Assembly: GCA_964187785.1 (NCBI GenBank)
Contig: OZ076409.1
Span: 92,444,001-92,508,000 of the forward strand
Direction of reading: 5' to 3'
Length of the DNA: 64,000 nucleotides
Origin: Amphiscolops sp. MND2022
Taxonomy: Eukaryota
The position numbers and the translations under genes were made by a program. Below the pieces are notes generated by a model. It ran no database searches. It was not told the DNA's origin and worked only from the letters and a program-made list of their open reading frames with translations. This document shows, in pieces, positions 58,096 to 64,000 of this stretch (positions are counted from its first letter, which is position 1; each line of letters starts with the position of its first letter).

Positions 58096-59269
58096 TCGAG
58101 CCCGCTCTCTCCGAACAAGCTTCACTCTGGGTGTTTTTGGTTAATGCACTTTCTCTGCTCGAAAATGCCAAAAATCACAAGTTTTTCGCACTGTATCAGC
58201 CCCAGGCTGCCTGAGTCCGCTACAAAAGTTGCAATTAGTATCCTGAGGATCAACTACACTTGGGGTAGTGCCGTACACTGTCGTCTTGCACTTTCATACT
58301 CGTGTACGTTCACGTTTTGGGTGCCTTTTTGGCCAAATTCCCATTTTTTCCACATTTTTTGCATCAAATTGGCACTTTTATCACAATCAAAGGCTTCAAC
58401 CTCGCCTTTCGTGCCTTGTGCCGGCTTTCTCGAGCCTTGCAGCTGCTTTTTCAAAACTTTCTACTAAATTTTCTTGGCTTCTGTGAGCACTAGTGCTCGA
58501 AACCAAGAAAAACACCAAAAAAACGCAAAAATGAGGTTTTTTCTCCAAGTGCTATCTTTTTCGCAGAAAAGCACTTCGTAGGGTGTCGTTACATTTATAG
58601 TAGAACGTCACTGACCTGCACCAACAATTCTCCATCGAAAGAGGTGTATTTTCAAAATTTTCGCCAACCATACTCCATCCGAGCGACTCATCTGGTCACA
58701 GGGGGTGCATCTTCACCACGTTATTTCTCCACATCTAGACCAGACAGAAACACGCGGGTGGGACCATTAGCACCGTCTGTCGTTGCACTTGCTGTCCACC
58801 AAAAACCATGCCTCTAGGACGTCTCCACGAGAAATGGGAATAGGAAGTAGGCAACACAAGATTTGTCCCCTCCTTCGACTCGCTGGAGTATGGTCAACCA
58901 TCCATCCGGTACTCTCTTGCATGGCATAAAATGGCTGAAAATAGCTCAAAAACCCTGTTAGACACCCGCAGCCACGTGCTACGGTCCTCTACACCTGCAA
59001 AAAGGTACCCGCTGATGGGTACACAACACATCACACATAAAGAGCGATTTCCTTCTAAAATGCCCAAAAATACCATTTTCGCACCTGAAAACACGTTTTC
59101 TTCGGCATTTTCTCTGGTTCAACGCCTCTCCCAGTTCCAGTAAGACGTAATGCGACTAAAAGAGGTAAAACTCTGCTTCTCTCTACTGTCCAGAGTCGAA
59201 AACGGGCTTGGCGCTGATCACCAGGGGGCCAGATCTTTTAAAAACCGCTAGGGAAAGCTTCTCAAGACG

Positions 59270-59287
59270 ATCCCTCTGTGGTCGCCA
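59270..59287 (-). other. Primer-binding site of element B (tRNA-Arg-like)
   Basis: TGGCGACCACAGAGGGA is complementary to ...TCCCTCTGTGGTCG-CCA, resembling metazoan tRNA-Arg(TCG) 3' ends. It lies 15 nt inside the LTR boundary. Confidence 0.7.
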
Positions 59288-59302
59288 AAAAATGAGTTTC
59301 TA

Positions 59303-60031
59303 TGTAACGATAAGCGCTGGCGCTTGAACCGCAACGTAGAGTGGAGGAACTAGAACAGCGAATATAATCTGGGACCTAGATCTCCGCGGCTCTAGCTCAT
59401 TTTCCCTCCGAAGGAGCCAGTCCCAAGGTGGGGGAACCGTCTTGTAGGACGCTCTCTGGCCTGGTCCTAGTCTGTAACTGCTAAAAGTAACAGGCATCTT
59501 GCAAGATTCAAGACCACTGCTCAACTAGCCTTTAAAAATTGGGCTGAAAATCGATGAAGGTTGAACCGTAATATTGGAGAATCTGATAAAATCGCCAAAT
59601 TGGATAAACAGATGTTAAACAACAGCTCTCGAGCATATTAATTTACCACATCGAAAAATACAACAAGAAATCAAGAGTTCAGAGTCATTTGATGAAAATT
59701 GACCTCAGGTTCCCAGCGCTAGCGCTAGTTGCCACACAGGATACCGCAGGGATACTCAGGCGAACATCTGGAACACTGGTTTCCTTTACTGTAGTAATGG
59801 ATATCTCCTAGAGATTGACACAAAACCGTGTTCTGTATGCGTTGGGGACGTCTTTTTGTCGTCTCCGGTGCTTGTTCGTCGCGAGCGGCGATTTCTGCTT
59901 TTCTGGAGTGCTTTTTCTGGCAGGTACTTCGTCTTGAGCATGTTTGAGTGCCACGTCAAATTTGAACGAATTTTTGACAAAATTTTCTAAACATGTCGGT
60001 TGATGTTGCTGTACCAGAGCTTGCCGTTACA
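59303..60031 (-). repeat. 5' LTR of element B (729 bp)
   Basis: Copy of 41178-41906. Confidence 0.95.
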
Positions 60032-60366
60032 ACCGCTTAACTGGGGGGAATTAAATTGGTGGGGGGATTAACAGAAAAGATCCTTAAGTTGTAAACAACA
60101 TCGAATAAAGTTAAAATTGGCAAAATATATTGTTTCCTCTAAAAGCCAATGTTTTCTCTAATTTAAATCATTCAATTTTTGGCGACGCAATATAGATATT
60201 TTATTGTAGGCCGACAAAAATGTTTCAATCCAATATTATCTAGCCCTGGTGCTAACCTTCAACCGCGATTAGAAAATTTTTCTCGGCATTAAAAATGAAG
60301 TTGTTTTCCACGCTTGAAAGATCAAATGTAGTTCCAGAAAATTCAAATTGTAAGAACCAGTGAGTC

Positions 60367-60752
60367 CAGGGGTGTTGTATTGTATTGTAATATATTGACT
60401 CAAAATAATCAATATATTTATATTTAAGCCTTCAAACATCAATAATTTAATTTTTCACCTCTAAAAAATCAATAATTGAAATTATTGTGGTCAAAAACAA
60501 ACTGATGAAGAAGCTTGAATTTACAAAATTTACAAAATCAGTCATCATAAATTTCGCTCGACTAAAAAGTCGCTCTGCCACGTTCGATGTAGGTGGAATT
60601 CAGGGAAAATGTTACACTGCAATTAATAATTTCCTCACGGGATTACGCGCAATCACTAATTGTTGGGAAACAGAGTCGTTAAATCAATAATTGTAATTGT
60701 AATTGTTTAATTGCAATAATTGTTCTTTGCAATAATTAATTCAACACCCCTG
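60367..60752. mobile_element. hAT-type MITE
   Basis: TIR CAGGGGTGTTG / CAACACCCCTG. 8-bp TSD AGTGAGTC / ATTGAGTC (1 mismatch). AT-rich AATAATT subterminal repeats. Confidence 0.75.
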
Positions 60753-62049
60753 ATTGAGTCTTTTCAAATAGAGTCAAAATAGAGTCAAAATTTAGCTCCA
60801 TAAAAATGAACTGAATAAAAACTAAATCAGCAGCCTTTTAACATACAAATTAGGTCTACATACTTTCAGATACTTTAAATGAGATCTCAGAAAAAGTCCC
60901 TGTTATAAATTCGCGTTAAAAAACCACCACTGAAAAAGCAAGTGCATCGGGAAATCTCTTCATCTGTGGAACCCACACAATATAAACAATTCAAGTTTTT
61001 TGTCTGCAAAAATTGAACTAAGTTATATTTGTATTCAAATTATTCTTGATTTTAAACATTTGAAAGTTTGAAGAAAATTTTTTCAGCCGTTTATTTTGAA
61101 ATTTTGAAATTAGCCGTTTAGCGATGTCAAAACTCTGACTTTTGTTAACTTCGATTGTATTGAATAATTAACTTTTGAAGAGCCACTATATTCCATACAG
61201 CGCCGACTGAAATGTTACAATTCAAAGTCTCAGATTTTTGGATTTCTTAATACAAGATGAAATCAGTGCATAAACTAAGAAACAGATGGAGCCAAAAGAG
61301 TCCCGCTGCGTGTAACTAAAATAACCGGATGATAGTAAAAAGTTTTTGATCTAGTTTTAGGGTGACAAATCCGGGGGTATTGACTGGCTCTTTCCTAGGA
61401 AAGTGACTGTGGAAACACAGTTTCAATTTGGATTCGAGAAAAAGAACAGCCGAATAACATACCAAATATTACAGACTTTTCACTAAAAAACAAGCGGAGT
61501 CTTTTCTCCAAATGATTTTCAAAAACCGAACCCATTTTCTACGCGTCCCCAATTTGTGAAATGTTTGGTGGTTTTTCGGTTTTTCAACTCACAACCTTTG
61601 ATTTTTGAAATTTGAGTCCCAATCTTTTTAAAGTCCGTCCTCTGCGACCTTTGAGCTAAGCTCCTTGAGCGTATGCCTTTCTTCTCTGCGAAAATACAGA
61701 TTTTATTCAAAAGGTACTCAGAGACAATTGTCTTTTTAAAAATATGTATATCAACAAAAACAGACTTAAGGATGTTTGGGTTTTTTCAAAATTGTTCAAA
61801 CGAGGTGAAGTTTTTGTTAAATGAACTTTTCATGGCCGCCATTTTTTTAAGTAACCTGCACATTTTGAATGGAATTAGCTAAACAAAAACGCAGCCCAGG
61901 AACGTTATGTTCTTTCAGTCTTCAAATCCTTATTAGCATTAACTTTCAGAGCTAATACACTTTCATCCAGCTCTTTTTGATGTCTTTTTGCCGAAATTAT
62001 AGGACAACCTAGGACTGGAATGCTTATATGGAAATATTGAATGGCTCTT

Positions 62050-62281
62050 GAATGAATTGTTTTCATGGAAAATTAATTTCATCCATCATTGTTTGGTACT
62101 TTCGGGAAATGGTGCTACAATCTTATTCCACCAAAAAAAGCATATTTCCGATGAAAAATGAAAATGATTTCACTATCACTATAAATGATTGACATGAGTT
62201 TCATTTCCCGAAATGTTTCATTTCCCGATAGTGCAAACCAATGATGGATGAAATAAATTTGCCCATGAAAACAATTCATTC
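62050..62281. repeat. Imperfect inverted repeat (foldback/MITE remnant)
   Basis: GAATGAATTGTTTTCATGG...ATTTCATCCATCATT...TCGGGAAATG is mirrored by CATTTCCCGA...AATGATGGATGAAAT...CCATGAAAACAATTCATTC. Confidence 0.65.
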
Positions 62282-64000
62282 GAAACTTCAAGCTCAGAGC
62301 AAAAATAATGACTTAAAGAGAAATTGATCTGAAACACAATGGTTCTGCCAACAAAATGATCAACTAATTGTTACAGTGTTGCTTTTCATGAATTTCACTG
62401 AAAAAAAATTTCAGATTTGCATGAAATAATCTGCTACATGAGTTAACGCCGCTCCTCTTATGCAAGGATGTAAGAATTATGCAATAATAATGCAAAGCAA
62501 AAATTCAACAAGCCCAAACCGCAATACCCACCCCAAAAAATACCCAAAAGAGAATCAGAATAAATCTGAATTTCTTACTTTAACCCTAATCAACGCAGCG
62601 TTACGATATGGCAACATACCTTTTTTCAATTTCTAATCCGTTTTGCCAGTAGCCCATAATCTCTAGCACAGTTTTTTTCTCAAAAATTCCCTGGTACCTA
62701 GATTGGTTTGAATGGCACAAGACTTAAGAAAAATGAATATGTCTCCAAAACTGAGAAAAATGACTTTTTTTGCACAAAATTTGACCTTTTTTCCTAAATT
62801 TCCGTTTTCAACGAAATCCAGATTTCTCAAAAAACTTTGACCCATAACAAAAACCAATTCCATACATTTGCACAACCACTACCTTCGCAAATGATCCCAA
62901 TAATATTCTGTTGTTACTACAAGCCCCCGCGTAGCGGGCCGCACGAAGTGCGTAACGGCCGCGAAGCGGCGGTACAGGAAAAAGAAACCAAAATTCTGAA
63001 GGAGGGGGGCGCGTGGCGACAGGAGCTCACCTGAGCAAAATGAAAGCCCAATACCAGATCTTTCAAACGCGCTATAGCTCATTTCTCTGGTAAGCGCAGT
63101 TGTCGAGATATTGATGCTTTAAAATTTTTTATCTAGTTTTTTGAAAACTTGCAAAAAAAACTTGGGTCAAAGAGGGTTAATTATCAATTGTTTTTCGATG
63201 ACTATACATCGAACGAGATAGGAAACGCGTTCCCCGAATTAATCTCATCAATCTACTAAAGTTTCTTACATATAATTTATTCAATTATGCAGTTCAAAAA
63301 TCACGCAGACTTTTTTCTTAAAAAACCGGTGCGGTTCGAGATTCGAACCTGAGCCGCATTACCTTGCCAAATAAAGAAACCCCCATTCATGAAAGTATTG
63401 TTCATAGAACAAAATGTAAGAAACAGCCGACCAGTTTTTCAGTGCTGGAGTTAATGTTGAAACTAGTCATATACCCAAGTCGATCCGTTGTACATTTCTT
63501 GCAAGAATCTTGCAGAAGTGGAACATAGAAATTATCTTCAAGAATCTTGCAAGAATCTTAAGTTTCAGACAAAACCTGTCAGATCAGATGTTTTTTCAGG
63601 TTCAGACATACCTTGCGAGATTTTCGCAGTTAAAACAAATTCTGCAAGAAAAAATCTGGAATGTACCGAAAGCATTAAGGTTGTTTCTTAAGTTTTAGGC
63701 AAACCAGTTTTTCGTAGAACTATTTTTAATGTGATTTTTCCTAAATCAACCATTGTGACCTCCACTAAACGCTTGAGCAGCTGCTCCACGGTTTTTAGCG
63801 CTGGACACTGCTCGAGAACTTTTGCTTGTAATTGTCATTTAAGTGTGGTACAAAATGCATGACTTACTTTGGCATAGCGAAACGAAAGGAATGGAAATGA
63901 GAAACAGGTAGGGTCAATCTACTAGATGTGATAATTGTCTGGCATATGCAGTCGCGCGGACTTGAATGTGACCAAGGTTGTTGATAACTTGTATTTTTTA

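Larger units (their letters stand above)
41178..60031 (-). mobile_element. Full-length Ty3/Gypsy LTR retrotransposon B (18,854 bp), this copy mutationally disabled
   Basis: 729-bp LTRs 41178-41906 and 59303-60031 with TGTAACG...CGTTACA termini and five mismatches found by eye. Domain order gag-PR-RT-RH-IN; PBS present; extra ORF3. Confidence 0.95.

Noticed and set aside
63325..63365. tRNA gene (reverse B-box GGTTCGAATC)
   Set aside because: No cloverleaf or A-box can be built; at most a SINE/tRNA-derived fragment.

Overview
AT-rich, intron-containing animal genomic DNA. About 60% of the window is two giant (~19 kb) Ty3/Gypsy LTR retrotransposons, both on the minus strand. Element A (11744-30861) looks intact and very recent: 2174-bp near-identical LTRs, an ATTAT target-site duplication (TSD), gag starting inside the LTR and a -1 frameshift into pol. 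Between pol and its 3' LTR it carries an ANTISENSE seven-exon, six-intron gene (15051-19828). All six introns are GT-AG and in phase, giving ~1079 aa. The gene has its own candidate promoter (X-boxes, CCAAT, TATA) and poly(A) signal. The product looks like a zinc finger plus a catalytically dead hAT-transposase-like body. This is the most striking system in the window. Element B (41178-60031; 729-bp LTRs) has one gag-pol frame with two premature stops and a long post-integrase tail (AT-hook, TARG1-like macrodomain). It also has a disrupted ~1390-codon sense ORF3 with a possible SGNH-like domain. Also present: a host class A GPCR apparently split by a GC-AG intron (33953-37814), a diverged LTR of family A next to a 200-N gap, a decayed Gypsy fragment (~7.7-10.7 kb), and several MITE- and Helentron-like repeats. 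All domain assignments are by-eye motif recognition; no searches were run.
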